From Candidatus Poribacteria bacterium (lineage in GTDB: Bacteria; Poribacteria; WGA-4E; WGA-3G): a stretch of 64,000 nucleotides of DNA. The position numbers and the translations under genes were made by a program. Under the pieces are notes generated by a model. It had not been told where the DNA came from. It did not search any database and was given only the letters and a program-made list of their open reading frames with translations. The stretch spans positions 588,272-652,271 of the forward strand of contig OZ242349.1 in NCBI GenBank assembly GCA_965208635.1, in the 5' to 3' direction. Each line of letters opens with the position of its first letter. The first letter of the stretch is position 1. Shown here piece after piece: positions 1 to 11,138 of this stretch.

Positions 1-1221
1 GATTGCATCGTCAATCGTTTCGACATGGATAAGTCCTAAAACCGGTCCGAAGATTTCGGTTCTGGCAATATCACCCTGTGGGTTAAGGCCATTGAGGACT
101 GTCGGACGAAGGAAGTTGCCACTTTCACCACCGGGAATGCTCGGATACCTGCCATCAACAAGTAGCTGCGCGCCCTCATCAGCCCCCGCTTGAATAAGAT
201 TTTCAATTCGGCTTCTGCTCTCGGAGGTGATGACGGGTCCCATTTCGACCCCTTCTTCCAATCCATTTCCGACGACCCGATCAGTGGCGGTGTCGGCGAT
301 GGCTTCTGTGAACCAGTCGCGTGCCTCGCCAACAGTGAGGGTGAGAGATGCCGCGAGACACCGTTGCCCAGCACATCCGAAGGCACTCTCGGCTGTAGCG
401 TTGACAGTAAATTGCGGATCCGCATCAGGAAGAACAATCAGCGGATTTTTCGCGCCACCTTGACACTGGACGCGTTTGCCGTTTGCAGCAGCTTTTGCGT
501 AGATTTCTTTAGCCGTCGCAGTCGCTCCGACGAAACTAACCCCTCGAATATCTGGATGCGTTAAGAGTGCGTCCACAGTCTCTCTGCCACCATTCACAAG
601 GTTGACAACGCCTTTAGGCAGTCCTGTCTGTTCCAGTAATTGAAATATCTTTTGCATCGTGATGGGTACTTTTTCGGAAGGTTTCACGATGTAAGTGTTA
701 CCACAGGCAATGGCATAGGGCAGAAACCAGAAAGTAATCATCCCCGGAAAATTGAAAGGTGCGATTACAGCACACACACCAACAGGTTGGCGAATCATAA
801 ACTCGTCAATCCCGGTAGCAATATCCTCCAAATTCGTGCCTTGCATGAGTGTCGGGATACCACAGGCGACCTCAACATTCTCGATCGCACGCCGCATTTC
901 GCCCTTTGCCTCGTCAAGCGTCTTACCGCACTCCAGCGTAATGGTTCTGGCGATATCCTCCAAATTTTCCTCTAAAAGATTCTTCAAGGCAAAGAGGTAC
1001 TGAATCCGTTCGACGGGTGGTGTCCGGCGCCATTCATGGAGTGCCTCAGCGGCGGCTGTAGCGGCTTGATGTACCTCTTCCGCGGGTGAAAGCGGTACTT
1101 GGGTGAGGACTTCCCCAGTCGCGGGATTTGTAACGTCGATCAGTTCAGTCGCCTCGGATTGTTGCCATATATTATTAACGTAGTTCGGTAGCGAGCCACT
1201 TTGACTAACATCGGTTTCCAT
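1..1221 (-). CDS. aldehyde dehydrogenase family protein (methylmalonate-semialdehyde dehydrogenase-like); C-terminus cut by window edge
   Basis: Hand translation of the minus strand from ATG 1221 (AAGGAG 8 nt upstream) reads [43 protein letters not shown] (catalytic Cys motif)..EIFGPVL. The frame stays open to nt 1. It is absent from the ORF track because there is no stop inside the window. Confidence 0.8.
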   Translation of the reverse strand, partial: METDVSQSGSLPNYVNNIWQQSEATELIDVTNPATGEVLTQVPLSPAEEVHQAATAAAEALHEWRRTPPVERIQYLFALKNLLEENLEDIARTITLECGKTLDEAKGEMRRAIENVEVACGIPTLMQGTNLEDIATGIDEFMIRQPVGVCAVIAPFNFPGMITFWFLPYAIACGNTYIVKPSEKVPITMQKIFQLLEQTGLPKGVVNLVNGGRETVDALLTHPDIRGVSFVGATATAKEIYAKAAANGKRVQCQGGAKNPLIVLPDADPQFTVNATAESAFGCAGQRCLAASLTLTVGEARDWFTEAIADTATDRVVGNGLEEGVEMGPVITSESRSRIENLIQAGADEGAQLLVDGRYPSIPGGESGNFLRPTVLNGLNPQGDIARTEIFGPVLGLIHVETIDDAI

Positions 1222-1233
1222 TGTATTTTCTCC

Positions 1234-2682
1234 TTAGTTCTCCACTGCGAAGAGTTCGAGCACTTTCAATTGCTCCATAGCGGCAACGATTTGGGGATCG
1301 TGCTCCAGTTCATCACGGTCGTTTTCTGTAATTTGGGCAAGTGCGTATTTAATGCCGATATCGCTGAGAACAATCTGTTCTTCAGTCAACGCATCACTCA
1401 AACGCTGATAACTCCGCAGGAGTTTTGCGGCGTGGCGGTCATCGCGCGATGCGTGCTCAGCGGTCGCGAGTTGTCCCAACACGTCATCGCCATTCTCATC
1501 TATAAAGGTTTTGAGTTTCTCGTTATCGCGGAGTTTCAACTGCATCTGCCGTTCAGATCGGCTGAACCATGCAGACTCAACATCTGGAATAATGCCGACC
1601 TTGTCGATATCGACCCCGTTTGGTGTAAAGTAACGCGCCACGGTTAATTTCACAGCAGATTTGGCATTGCTAAGTGGAAACACACGTTGAACGGATGCTT
1701 TTCCGAAGGTTTTGTTACCCATGACAAGTCCGCGTCCGTGGTCTTTGATAGCCCCGGCGACGATCTCAGAAGCACTCGCGCTCCCACCATCAACGAGTAC
1801 AATCAAAGGAAAGTACTCCCTTTTTTCCCCTTTCGACTTGAAGTCCTCACGCGCCTCAATTCCTTTACTGTAAACAACAAGCTGATCGGGTGTGAGGAAG
1901 TCGCTCGCGATATCAACAGCTGAAGTGAGCAACCCTCCAGGATTTGAGCGGAGGTCGAGAATAACACCACGGACATTCTGTGCCTTGAAGTCCAACAAAG
2001 CATTATCTACATCGTTGGCTGTGGTATCCAGAAATTGATTGATTTTGATATAGCCGATATTATTTCCAATCAGATTCTGCTCAACGCTCGGAATCCGAAT
2101 GACTTCACGCGTGACAGTAACCTCAAAGGGACGGCTATCGTTCTGACGTACGACCGTAATGGAAACTGGAGTTCCCGGTTCACCACGCAACTGATCGACC
2201 GCCTCGTTCAAGGTCATTACAGCCGTTGATTCACCTTCAATATGACTAATAACATCCCCGCTTTGCAAACCCGCCAAAGCAGCGGGACTCCCTTTAAAAG
2301 GCGTAACCACAGTCAACATATCCTCCCGAATCCCGATCATCATTCCGAGTCCACCGTAGTTACCACGGTTTTGGGTTCGAAAGGCGGCGTAGTCTGGAAT
2401 GTATTGACTATATGGGTCTAATTTGCGAAGCGCGCCATTGATAGCACCCTCTACGAGTTCCTTAGCATTCGGTGCCTCAAGATGTGCTTGTTTGATATAA
2501 GCAAGGATTTCTGAGAAAAGCGCGAGGTTTTCTACCAATTCATCATCGGCGGTTTTGCCGGTTTCCTCTGAACTCCAACCGAGTGGTAGAAGTGTGCAAA
2601 TAAGAAATATTGATAATAAGATGTGAAAACAGGTTTTGGAGGAAGTTCGCGGGTTTCCAAAATCTATCGTTAAAAATTTCAT
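1234..2682 (-). CDS. ctpA: carboxyl-terminal processing protease (S41 family, PDZ domain)
   Basis: 482-aa ORF with an N-terminal signal/TM segment, a PDZ region (GLQSGDVISHIEG) and an S41 core (LDLRSNPGG..GKASVQ). A 12-nt spacer separates it from the downstream ALDH gene. Confidence 0.85.
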   Translation of the reverse strand: MKFLTIDFGNPRTSSKTCFHILLSIFLICTLLPLGWSSEETGKTADDELVENLALFSEILAYIKQAHLEAPNAKELVEGAINGALRKLDPYSQYIPDYAAFRTQNRGNYGGLGMMIGIREDMLTVVTPFKGSPAALAGLQSGDVISHIEGESTAVMTLNEAVDQLRGEPGTPVSITVVRQNDSRPFEVTVTREVIRIPSVEQNLIGNNIGYIKINQFLDTTANDVDNALLDFKAQNVRGVILDLRSNPGGLLTSAVDIASDFLTPDQLVVYSKGIEAREDFKSKGEKREYFPLIVLVDGGSASASEIVAGAIKDHGRGLVMGNKTFGKASVQRVFPLSNAKSAVKLTVARYFTPNGVDIDKVGIIPDVESAWFSRSERQMQLKLRDNEKLKTFIDENGDDVLGQLATAEHASRDDRHAAKLLRSYQRLSDALTEEQIVLSDIGIKYALAQITENDRDELEHDPQIVAAMEQLKVLELFAVEN

Positions 2683-2760
2683 TTTTTATTTCCTTTTTTA
2701 ATTATTCCTTGCGGTTCGCTAAGGTAGAATCAGTATCTAACGGGACTTTCCGTAGACCTA

Positions 2761-2830
2761 GGGGAAATTGAGGAAACACCCAAGCAAGGGAAACGCCCCA
2801 GCAAAAACACCCCAAGCAAAAACCCTCCAT
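2761..2830. repeat. short dispersed intergenic repeat family 1 (gaaattgaggaaacaccc..gggaaacgccccagcaaaaaca units)
   Basis: Shares the gaaattgagga and gggaaacgccccagcaaaaaca blocks with 33279-33393. The core ggaaacacccaagcaa is also found inside the CDS at 37974-37995. Confidence 0.55.
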
Positions 2831-3009
2831 TACATTACGGGCTACGCGCGTTCGTTAATAGGACTTACGCCATGCGCATTGTCCCGCAAGTCCACACGCG
2901 ACTTGCGCTATGCGCGACTACGAACCGTGCTTTTTTGAGAAAGTCATGTACTTACAAGAGGCTTCAGTTGGTAGTAAGGGGATTTATCGCCTGTTTGCGT
3001 AAGTCATGG

Positions 3010-3492
3010 TTAATAAAAGTAGTCTCGTAGCCTTTGGATACTCGGAATCCGAAAAGCGATAAAGGCGGCGGCAGCACCATAAAGCAGATCAATACGACTC
3101 ATCCGTGTCTGCATGAGTTCCCACACAGACTGCCCCTTAAACACCGTTTTCGCGATTGGCATGGCTTGCTCTATTGATATATTATGTTCTTGGCTCAGTT
3201 GTTCGGCGATTTGGGCAACCGCATTCCACTGAACGTCCAAGTATTTCCCAATAAAGATACCGAGTATCGCGAAAGATGCAGCGGCAGCACTGATAACGCG
3301 CCACATCGTTCTCGCATCACGTTCAAAGCATCGGCTGCTTGTCAAGAGCATCCCTGCTCCTGTGAATATACCAATACCGATAGCGATAAAACCAGCAGTG
3401 TGCCCTGTCCACTGGATATATTTTGCCCAAAGTACGCCGCCTATTGCCGCGCCGAGGAGTCCGCCGAGTGGTGCTGTTAAAGCGTTCATCAC
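3010..3492 (-). CDS. small integral membrane protein, function unknown
   Basis: 160-aa ORF with three or four hydrophobic helices (GIGIFTGAGMLL, AAASFAILGIFIG). I recognise no catalytic motif. Confidence 0.5.
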   Translation of the reverse strand: MMNALTAPLGGLLGAAIGGVLWAKYIQWTGHTAGFIAIGIGIFTGAGMLLTSSRCFERDARTMWRVISAAAASFAILGIFIGKYLDVQWNAVAQIAEQLSQEHNISIEQAMPIAKTVFKGQSVWELMQTRMSRIDLLYGAAAAFIAFRIPSIQRLRDYFY

Positions 3493-3503
3493 AAAACCAT
3501 TCC

Positions 3504-4970
3504 TTAAGTTCCGATCTGCGGTTTCCGTCGGTGGTGATCCGTGTTCTGCTCAAAGGTATAAGCAACGCGCAGCACTTTTTCTTCAGCAAAAGGCGCACCG
3601 AGCAGTTGTAACCCGACCGGTAACCCGTTCTCCACAAAACCGCACGGTACAGAGATGCCGGGCAACCCGGCATGACTCGCAGGCGTTGTCATCACATCGG
3701 ACAGATACATTTGCAACGGATCCGCAGTCCGTTCACCTATTTTGAATGCAGGTGTCGGCGAAGTCGGTGTTGCAATAACGTCAACCTTCTCAAATGCGGC
3801 ATCGAAATCGGATTTGATGAGCGTCCGAACTTTTTGTGCCTTTCGATAATATGCGTCTTGATAACCCGCACTCAGTGCGAAGGTACCAATCATAATCCGA
3901 CGCTTCACCTCCTCACCGAATCCTTCACTCCGCGTCGTTTTATACATATCAATCAGATCCTCCGGATTTTCCTTCCGATATCCGTAGCGGACCCCATCGT
4001 ACCTTGCGAGGTTCGCGCTCGCTTCAGCGGGAGCGATAATATAGTACGTCGCAATGGCATATTCCGTATGCGGCAAAGAAATTTCCTCAACCGTAGCACC
4101 GAGGGATTCAAGGACAGCGGTGGCAGTGTGTACCCGATCGGCAATTTCTGGATCTAACGCCGGTGTGAAATACTCTTTGGGGATACCGATTTTTAAGCCC
4201 TTCACGTCGTTAATCAGACTCTGCGTGAAATCAGGTACGGGCATATCAACAGAAGTGGCATCCATGGCATCGCTCCCACAAATGGCATTGAGTATCAATG
4301 CACAATCGGTGACATCTTTGGTAAATGGACCGATCTGATCAAGTGAGGAGGCGAATGCGACTAAACCGTAACGCGAGACACGCCCATACGTCGGCTTCAT
4401 CCCAACAACACCACAGAGTGCCGCGGGTTGACGGATCGAACCACCCGTATCCGAACCCAGCGAACAGATAGCAGTATCTGCAGATACAACAGCGGCAGAA
4501 CCACCGCTGGAACCGCCGGGGATCGTGTCCAAATCCCACGGGTTGTGTGTAATCTGATACGCCGAGTTTTCTGTAGAGGATCCCATGGCAAACTCATCCA
4601 TGTTCGTCTTACCGAGCATAACAATACCTTGCTCATGGAGTTTCGTCATGACGGTCGCGTCGTAGGGTGGTACAAAGGTCTCAAGGATCTTAGAGGCACA
4701 CGTTGTGCGGACCCCCTGCGTGCATATCACATCTTTAATTGCAATCGGGATGCCAGATAGAGGCGGCATATCGTCCCCGTTCTGAAATCCGTCATCGGCA
4801 CGACTCGCCTGCTCCAAGGCAAGATCCTTTGTTAGCGTCAGGTAACCCTTGACGTGAGGTTCCACCTCAGCGATACGTGCATAGACAGATTCGGTGAGTT
4901 CCGCAGCCGTGATCTCACGTGCTTTGAGTTTTTCATGCAGGACGTGTGCCGTCAATTCACAAAACGACAT
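3504..4970 (-). CDS. gatA: Glu-tRNA(Gln)/Asp-tRNA(Asn) amidotransferase subunit A
   Basis: 488 aa with the amidase signature [23 protein letters not shown]. It lies immediately downstream of gatC. Confidence 0.9.
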   Translation of the reverse strand: MSFCELTAHVLHEKLKAREITAAELTESVYARIAEVEPHVKGYLTLTKDLALEQASRADDGFQNGDDMPPLSGIPIAIKDVICTQGVRTTCASKILETFVPPYDATVMTKLHEQGIVMLGKTNMDEFAMGSSTENSAYQITHNPWDLDTIPGGSSGGSAAVVSADTAICSLGSDTGGSIRQPAALCGVVGMKPTYGRVSRYGLVAFASSLDQIGPFTKDVTDCALILNAICGSDAMDATSVDMPVPDFTQSLINDVKGLKIGIPKEYFTPALDPEIADRVHTATAVLESLGATVEEISLPHTEYAIATYYIIAPAEASANLARYDGVRYGYRKENPEDLIDMYKTTRSEGFGEEVKRRIMIGTFALSAGYQDAYYRKAQKVRTLIKSDFDAAFEKVDVIATPTSPTPAFKIGERTADPLQMYLSDVMTTPASHAGLPGISVPCGFVENGLPVGLQLLGAPFAEEKVLRVAYTFEQNTDHHRRKPQIGT

Positions 4971-4991
4971 TCAGTTTTCCTTATTTTCGGA

Positions 4992-5324
4992 TTAGTGGCT
5001 GCGATCAACCACTCTGGGAACACCGAAGTATCCCTCTTCAGCTTCAGGAGCATTCGCGAGCACTTCTTCGCGTGGATATGAGGGTTTGACAACATCCGGT
5101 TTAGCAACATGAGATGCCTCAGTTTCTGAACCCATGATAAAAACTTGATGCGGATGGATGTGCGATGTCGGCAGCACATCATCTGTCTCGAGTTCATTCA
5201 ACTTCCCGATATAGTCCAAAATGCGAGTAAGTTGCTCGGTAAAATGCTCCGTTTCTTCCTCATTAAATTCAAGGCGCGCCAAATTTGCGACATGGCGTAT
5301 ACCTTCGGTAGTAATCGTTGCCAT
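4992..5324 (-). CDS. gatC: Glu-tRNA(Gln) amidotransferase subunit C
   Basis: 110 aa with the typical GatC N-terminus IRHVANLARLEFNEEE. A 21-nt gap separates it from gatA. Confidence 0.85.
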   Translation of the reverse strand: MATITTEGIRHVANLARLEFNEEETEHFTEQLTRILDYIGKLNELETDDVLPTSHIHPHQVFIMGSETEASHVAKPDVVKPSYPREEVLANAPEAEEGYFGVPRVVDRSH

Positions 5325-5346
5325 TTTTTCGTATTCTATCCTTTGA

Positions 5347-7533
5347 TTAATCAGACACTATTGAGAGTGGCGTGAATGCAGCCGCGAGTCGTTTTGTCCC
5401 AGCACGACCAAAACGAACGGTGACCTGCCCTGCACCATTGATTTTCGTTATTTTACCTCTCCCAAATTGCGGATGATGAACAACCTGACCGACGTAGTAA
5501 TCCACCGTGTCTTCAGAAACTATTTCATACGGACTCCCCGATTGACGGAAGGGAGATCGGTACCGATCCACATGCTTGATGAGATGCTCCGGAATTTCAG
5601 AGACAAAACGAGATTGCACGCGATACTCTGTCTCTCGAAACGTTCTCCGCGAACTTGCATGTGAGAGATATAACTGCTCCATGGCTCGTGTGATCCCGAC
5701 GTAACAGAGTCGCCGTTCCTCCTCCAACTCCGCTTGCGTATCAAGGGAACGTTGATGCGGTAGATACCCCTCTTCCATACCGACAATGAAAACAAACGGG
5801 AACTCCAAACCTTTCGCACTGTGCAAGGTCATCAATGTAACCATATCGGTGGTGTCGGTCTCCATAGCATCTATATCCGCCGTGAGTGCCACGTTCTCTA
5901 AATAATCTGAAAGGGTCGGTTCGGATGTATTCTGTTCATATTCGATAACGGCGTTAATCAATTCCTCAATGTTTTCAACGCGGTTCTGCGCTTCAATCGT
6001 TTTCTGAACCTCTAAATTTTTCAGGTAGCCAGTGACTTTCAGCACATAGTCAAGCGCATCAGCGGGTAGCATGGAGGCAGCGAAATCATCAAAAATTTTG
6101 GTAAAACGTTTCACTTTCGCTTGGATACCACGGTTAATGGTGGTAATTTCATCGACACGCTGGATAGCTTGAAAGAGAGGAATCCCTTCCTGTGTTGCAA
6201 AATTGATGAGTCGATCAAGCGTTGTCGCACCGATGCCACGACTTGGCACGTTGATGATACGTCGAACACTCATAGAGTCATTCGGATTGCACACCACACG
6301 GAGGTAGGCAAGGAGATCTTTGATCTCCATCCGATCATAGAAACCGACACCCCCGACAATCTGATACGGGATGTTTGCGGCGCGGAATGCCTCTTCAAAG
6401 ATTCGGGATTGGGCGTTAGTCCGGTAAAAGACGGCAAAGTCTTTGTAATCTACACCTTCGCCGTGCCAATCCTCAATTTGTGTGCCGACGTAACCCGCCT
6501 CGTCGTTTTCGTCCATCGCCTCGTAGCAGGTAACGAGTTCGCCAAGATCGTTTTCTGTCCAGAGTTTTTTCGCTTTCCGGTCCCTATTGTTGTGCACAAC
6601 CCCCCATGCGGCATCTAAGATGTTTTGGGTGGAACGATAGTTCTGCTCCAAACGGAGGACACGTGTGTTCGGATAATCCTGTTCAAAATCAAGGATATTT
6701 CTGATGTCCGCACCACGGAAGGCATAAATGGACTGGTCATCGTCCCCGACGACACAGATGTTTTGCTTCTCGCTAGCCAATAAGTTCACTAACTCATATT
6801 GACACCGATTCGTATCCTGATACTCATCAACGAGGATATATTCAAATTTGTTCTGATAAAATTGGCGGACCTCGAGATTTTCATTCAGGAGCTCCACTGT
6901 GAAAAGTAGCAAATCATCGAAATCAAGAGAGTTGTTCATACGCAAAGCATCTTGATAGAGCGCATAGACCTCTGCAACGACTCGCTCAAAATAGCCATCC
7001 GCTGTATTCTGGTAGGTCTCCGGTGATATAGATTCATTTTTCGCACGACTAATGTGGCTGAGGATGGCGCGCGGATTGTACTGTTTGTCACTATAGTTAA
7101 GTTGCCGGAGCACGTCTTTGACGAGCGTGGCTTGCTCACCTGTATCGAAGATAGTGAAGTCGCGGGTGTAGGCGCGGTCTTTGGATCTGAGGACGCTTTC
7201 AGTCTCAGCCTCCCTGCCCAATTTCTCAATATCTCGGCGGAGTATGCGAGCACAGGTCGAGTGGAAGGTTGACACCCAGAGATCTTGGCTCACACTGCCT
7301 TCAACAAGCACATCCAGCCGATCTTTCATCTCCTTTGCCGCTTTGTTCGTAAAGGTTACAGCGAGGATATGGTAGGGAGAGACATCGTGATGTTCGAGGA
7401 GATAGGCGATGCGGTGTGTGATGACGCGCGTTTTTCCGCTGCCGGCACCGGATAAGATGAGGAGCGGTCCTTCGGTGTGTTGGACTGCTTCGCGCTGAAC
7501 ATCATTTAAGGAACTTAATAGGTTATCGATCAA
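5347..7533 (-). CDS. ATP-dependent DNA helicase, UvrD/PcrA/Rep family
   Basis: 728 aa with Walker A GAGSGKT near the N-terminus, followed by UvrD-type helicase motifs (TFTNKAAKEM, VDEYQDTN, VGDDDQSIY). Confidence 0.9.
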   Translation of the reverse strand: MIDNLLSSLNDVQREAVQHTEGPLLILSGAGSGKTRVITHRIAYLLEHHDVSPYHILAVTFTNKAAKEMKDRLDVLVEGSVSQDLWVSTFHSTCARILRRDIEKLGREAETESVLRSKDRAYTRDFTIFDTGEQATLVKDVLRQLNYSDKQYNPRAILSHISRAKNESISPETYQNTADGYFERVVAEVYALYQDALRMNNSLDFDDLLLFTVELLNENLEVRQFYQNKFEYILVDEYQDTNRCQYELVNLLASEKQNICVVGDDDQSIYAFRGADIRNILDFEQDYPNTRVLRLEQNYRSTQNILDAAWGVVHNNRDRKAKKLWTENDLGELVTCYEAMDENDEAGYVGTQIEDWHGEGVDYKDFAVFYRTNAQSRIFEEAFRAANIPYQIVGGVGFYDRMEIKDLLAYLRVVCNPNDSMSVRRIINVPSRGIGATTLDRLINFATQEGIPLFQAIQRVDEITTINRGIQAKVKRFTKIFDDFAASMLPADALDYVLKVTGYLKNLEVQKTIEAQNRVENIEELINAVIEYEQNTSEPTLSDYLENVALTADIDAMETDTTDMVTLMTLHSAKGLEFPFVFIVGMEEGYLPHQRSLDTQAELEEERRLCYVGITRAMEQLYLSHASSRRTFRETEYRVQSRFVSEIPEHLIKHVDRYRSPFRQSGSPYEIVSEDTVDYYVGQVVHHPQFGRGKITKINGAGQVTVRFGRAGTKRLAAAFTPLSIVSD

Positions 7534-7706
7534 TGGTTACCCCTCGCCTCGTCGTATTCGGGGAAAGCGCACTTTGTAATATGTACTCGTAAGTCGCGTG
7601 TTAGAATCCCCAATTTTATGCTATAAAGTATACACGATTTGGGTTAATTTTGCAAGGGGAATTTTTAGGTGAGATGCGGGCACGCGGGTATACAATAGAA
7701 AGGTTC

Positions 7707-7952
7707 TTATTTCACCAAAGCAATAATCGAGACAATCACGGCAATAACAGCACAACCGATCGGTATCCATTCTTTGAATGCCAATCGCCTGCCTTTAATT
7801 TCAGCAACATCCGTTTCAACATCGCGAAGCCGGGCATCAATGTCATCCAGCCGAGTATCAATGCGGTCAAGCCTTGTGTTAACTTGTTCAAACTGAGTGT
7901 TAACTTGTTCAAACCCTTGCTTCATTAATTCATAGAGTATTTCTATCGTCAT
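7707..7952 (-). CDS. small coiled-coil protein with C-terminal TM anchor (hypothetical)
   Basis: Heptad-like repeats (QVNTQFEQVNTRLDRIDTRLDDIDARLRDVETD) followed by the hydrophobic tail IGCAVIAVIVSIIALV. The start is taken at the internal Met (MTIEIL), which is uncertain. Confidence 0.35.
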   Translation of the reverse strand: MTIEILYELMKQGFEQVNTQFEQVNTRLDRIDTRLDDIDARLRDVETDVAEIKGRRLAFKEWIPIGCAVIAVIVSIIALVK

Positions 7953-8127
7953 GACAGTCCCCTTTTTTGTGTCGGTTTTCGATTGATGCCTCGACCATTG
8001 TATCACAGATTGCGCGGAATGTCAACAAAAAACAAGGAATTTTTAGCAGAATTTAGAGGGTGATAGACCCAAGTCTGTGGACATGGATCTATCACTCATA
8101 CAATATTGCAACCGCGCTCCAACACGT

Positions 8128-10998
8128 TTAGATGAGGTATTCCTTCAAGAACTGCCCTGTGTAAGAGACTTTGACCTTCGCAATCTCTTCGGGTGTACCT
8201 TGCGCCAACACATCTCCACCCTTATGTCCGCCCTCTGGACCGAGATCAATGACATGATCGGCGGTTTTAATGACATCGAGATGATGCTCAATCACAACGA
8301 CTGTATGTCCACTATCAACAAGACGATTGAGACTGTCCAAGAGTTTCTGCACGTCTGCGATGTGGAGTCCTGTGGTCGGTTCATCTAAGATATAGAGATT
8401 ATGTTTGCCGCGCTTGATTTTGCCAAGCTCACTTGCCAATTTTACCCGTTGTGCTTCACCGCCAGAGAGGATCGTCGCAGGGTGCCCTATCTGGAGATAC
8501 CCCATACCGAGTTGGTAAAGTACATTCAATTTATGATGAATCAACCGCTGATCGGCAAAGAACTCAACGCCTTCCTCAATTGACATATTGAGAATCTCGG
8601 AGATATTCTTCCCGTTGTAGGTAACATCAAGCGTATCCTCATTATAGCGTGCGCCTTTACAGGTCGGACAAACGACTTCAACATCCGGCATAAAGTGGAG
8701 TTTAGTGGTGATAGTGCCTTCGCCGTGGCATTCTTCACACCGACCACCTTTGACGTTGAAACTGAATCGAGAAGCGGTATAGCCCCTCGAAAGCGCGAGT
8801 GGGGTACTGGCGAAAAGCTTGCGAATATTATCGTAAAATCCGATATAGGTGGCAGGATTGGAACGAGGTGAACGCCCAATAGGAGACTGATCGATGTTAA
8901 TAACGTCATTCAGGTGCTGGTGCCCTTCAAGCTCATCGTGTGCGCCATAGAGCGTCCGACTGTCGTGGTAGAGAGAATGAAGCTTCTTGTAGAGAATCTC
9001 GTTGACGAGCGTGCTCTTACCGGAGCCAGATGCCCCCGTGATGCAGATAAGCACACCGAGCGGAAAATCAACGTCAATGTTTCTTAGATTGTTTTCACTG
9101 GCACCCGTAATACTCAAGAAGGTCCCATTTAAGTTACGACGCTGTTCGGGAAGTGGGATCTCGCGCTTTCCACTCATATAGAGTCCCGTCAGAGATTCCG
9201 GGCAATCCAGAATCGTTTTGAGTTCACCTTGAACAACTATCTCCCCACCGTGGATACCCGGTCCGGGTCCAAGTTCAATGATATGATCGGCGGCGCGAAT
9301 TGTGCTCTCATCGTGTTCAACAACAATAACGGTGTTCCCGATGTCCCGTAACTTCCGTAGGGTCTCTATCATCTTGACATTGTCTTTTGGATGCAAACCG
9401 ATACTCGGTTCATCAAGGACATAGAGCATTCCCATCAACCCAGAGCCGATTTGTGTGGAGAGACGGATGCGTTGCGATTCACCCCCAGAAAGTGTCGCAG
9501 AACGGCGATTGAGGTTTAGGTAATCCAATCCGATGCCGAGTAGGAGGTTAATCCGAGTGACCAGTTCTTTGATAACCCGGTTGCCTGCTTCCCGCTGCTT
9601 CTCTGGAATATCCGTGATAGTCAGCAAGAAATCCCGTAATTCTTCAAAGTGCAGTTCACCGACATCATGAATTGTTTGACCCTCAATAGTAACGAGAAGT
9701 CGTTGTCGCTTGAGTTTAGTTCCGTGGCAGTCCGGACAGGTGCGCTCTACCATTACTTTTCGGAGATACTCTTCCATCCCAGAGTGTGCCTCGCCCTGTT
9801 TTCGGTAACGCCGATAATGCCTGTCAATCCGAGTGATAATCCCATCAAAACGGATCTTCCGACCGAGGTGGCGTCTCTCAACAGGTCGTGCCCCTGCTGG
9901 TTGCAGGATAGGGAATTCTTCGCCGTGTGTGCCGTGATAGAGGATATCAATAATCTTTTCTGGAAGGTCTGCAAAAGGAACGTTCAGATCGAACCCGTAG
10001 TGTTCCGCGAGACTGTACATTGTCCTACCATCCCACCTATCGGGATCGTAGTTAAAGGCTTGGTGGACAAACGCTCCATCGGCAATACTTCGACTCTTAT
10101 CAGGAACGAGTAGGTTCGGATGCACCTGCAAATAGGTACCCAGTCCAGAACAAGTTACACACGCGCCAGTCGGTTCATTAAAGGTAAAGTGATGCGGTCC
10201 CAACTCAGCCATGAGCACTCCGTGCTTGGGACATCCGAAACCTTCCAATAACTCTATTGCGTCAGCTTCGGCATCCTCTGGGAATTGCACATCGAAACGC
10301 ATGAATCCTTCGCCAACGAGCATGGCATGCTCAAGAGAAGCGAGCACCTGTTTGTCAATATCTTTTTTAACAAAGAATTTGTCAACGATAACTTGGATGT
10401 CATATTCCTGATCCGGATCGAGTTCAATTTCTTCGCTGATGTCGTGTTCAACCCCGTCAATTCTGACGTGTCTACACCCTTTGGTACGGATATCGTCAAA
10501 GAGATAGTCATAATCTTCGCCGTAGATTTTGAAGACTGGGGCGTGAATTTCAACCTCGGTGCCTTCTGGCATCGAGAGCATCCGTTCCAAGATTTGATAA
10601 TGCGAACGGATCGGGATTTCACCTTCACAATATGGACAGTGCGCAACACCGATTGTCGCGAAGAGCATACGGAGGAAGTCCTGCAAATCGGTCATCGTGC
10701 CGACGGTGGAGCGCGGATTCATCGTGATCGTTTTCTGTTCGATAGAAACGACAGGGGACAACCCATCAACGAAATCGACATCCGGTTTTTTGAGTTGTGT
10801 AATAAAGCGTTTGGCGTACGTGGACATCGACTCCAAGAATCGACGTTGCCCTTCGGCATAGACGGTATCAAACGCCAATGAAGATTTACCGGAACCGCTG
10901 ATACCTGTGACAACGACGAGTTGGTCTCGTGGAATCTCAACTTCAATGTTCTGTAGATTATTTTCTCGCGCGCCTTTAACGGCGACCGTCTGTCTCAT
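8128..10998 (-). CDS. uvrA: excinuclease ABC subunit A
   Basis: 956 aa with two ABC ATPase modules ([29 protein letters not shown]), CxxC zinc-finger pairs and LSGGE signature motifs. Confidence 0.95.
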   Translation of the reverse strand: MRQTVAVKGARENNLQNIEVEIPRDQLVVVTGISGSGKSSLAFDTVYAEGQRRFLESMSTYAKRFITQLKKPDVDFVDGLSPVVSIEQKTITMNPRSTVGTMTDLQDFLRMLFATIGVAHCPYCEGEIPIRSHYQILERMLSMPEGTEVEIHAPVFKIYGEDYDYLFDDIRTKGCRHVRIDGVEHDISEEIELDPDQEYDIQVIVDKFFVKKDIDKQVLASLEHAMLVGEGFMRFDVQFPEDAEADAIELLEGFGCPKHGVLMAELGPHHFTFNEPTGACVTCSGLGTYLQVHPNLLVPDKSRSIADGAFVHQAFNYDPDRWDGRTMYSLAEHYGFDLNVPFADLPEKIIDILYHGTHGEEFPILQPAGARPVERRHLGRKIRFDGIITRIDRHYRRYRKQGEAHSGMEEYLRKVMVERTCPDCHGTKLKRQRLLVTIEGQTIHDVGELHFEELRDFLLTITDIPEKQREAGNRVIKELVTRINLLLGIGLDYLNLNRRSATLSGGESQRIRLSTQIGSGLMGMLYVLDEPSIGLHPKDNVKMIETLRKLRDIGNTVIVVEHDESTIRAADHIIELGPGPGIHGGEIVVQGELKTILDCPESLTGLYMSGKREIPLPEQRRNLNGTFLSITGASENNLRNIDVDFPLGVLICITGASGSGKSTLVNEILYKKLHSLYHDSRTLYGAHDELEGHQHLNDVINIDQSPIGRSPRSNPATYIGFYDNIRKLFASTPLALSRGYTASRFSFNVKGGRCEECHGEGTITTKLHFMPDVEVVCPTCKGARYNEDTLDVTYNGKNISEILNMSIEEGVEFFADQRLIHHKLNVLYQLGMGYLQIGHPATILSGGEAQRVKLASELGKIKRGKHNLYILDEPTTGLHIADVQKLLDSLNRLVDSGHTVVVIEHHLDVIKTADHVIDLGPEGGHKGGDVLAQGTPEEIAKVKVSYTGQFLKEYLI

Positions 10999-11138
10999 GT
11001 ATTCCTCCTATTTTTTAATTTGGCACCGAGTGAGCGATGAGCCCACTTGGGCAAAGAACAGGTGTCTTGCGAAATCCGCAATGCGCCGTTATTGCATTGC
11101 TATATGACTCAGCTAATCTTTAATTTGATGTAACGTTT

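Noticed and set aside
36-564. Track ORFs 36-437(-) and 190-564(+)
   Set aside because: They are embedded in the long open ALDH frame (1-1221, minus). That frame gives a textbook aldehyde dehydrogenase with a strong SD.
3184-3745. Plus-strand ORFs (3184-3480, 3362-3745, 3423-3611) opposite the membrane protein and gatA
   Set aside because: They overlap well-supported minus-strand genes and have no RBS or domain signal.
7650-7928. 92-aa plus-strand ORF overlapping the small coiled-coil gene
   Set aside because: Neither strand is strongly supported. I kept the minus-strand ORF because of its heptad periodicity and C-terminal TM segment. Both calls are low confidence.
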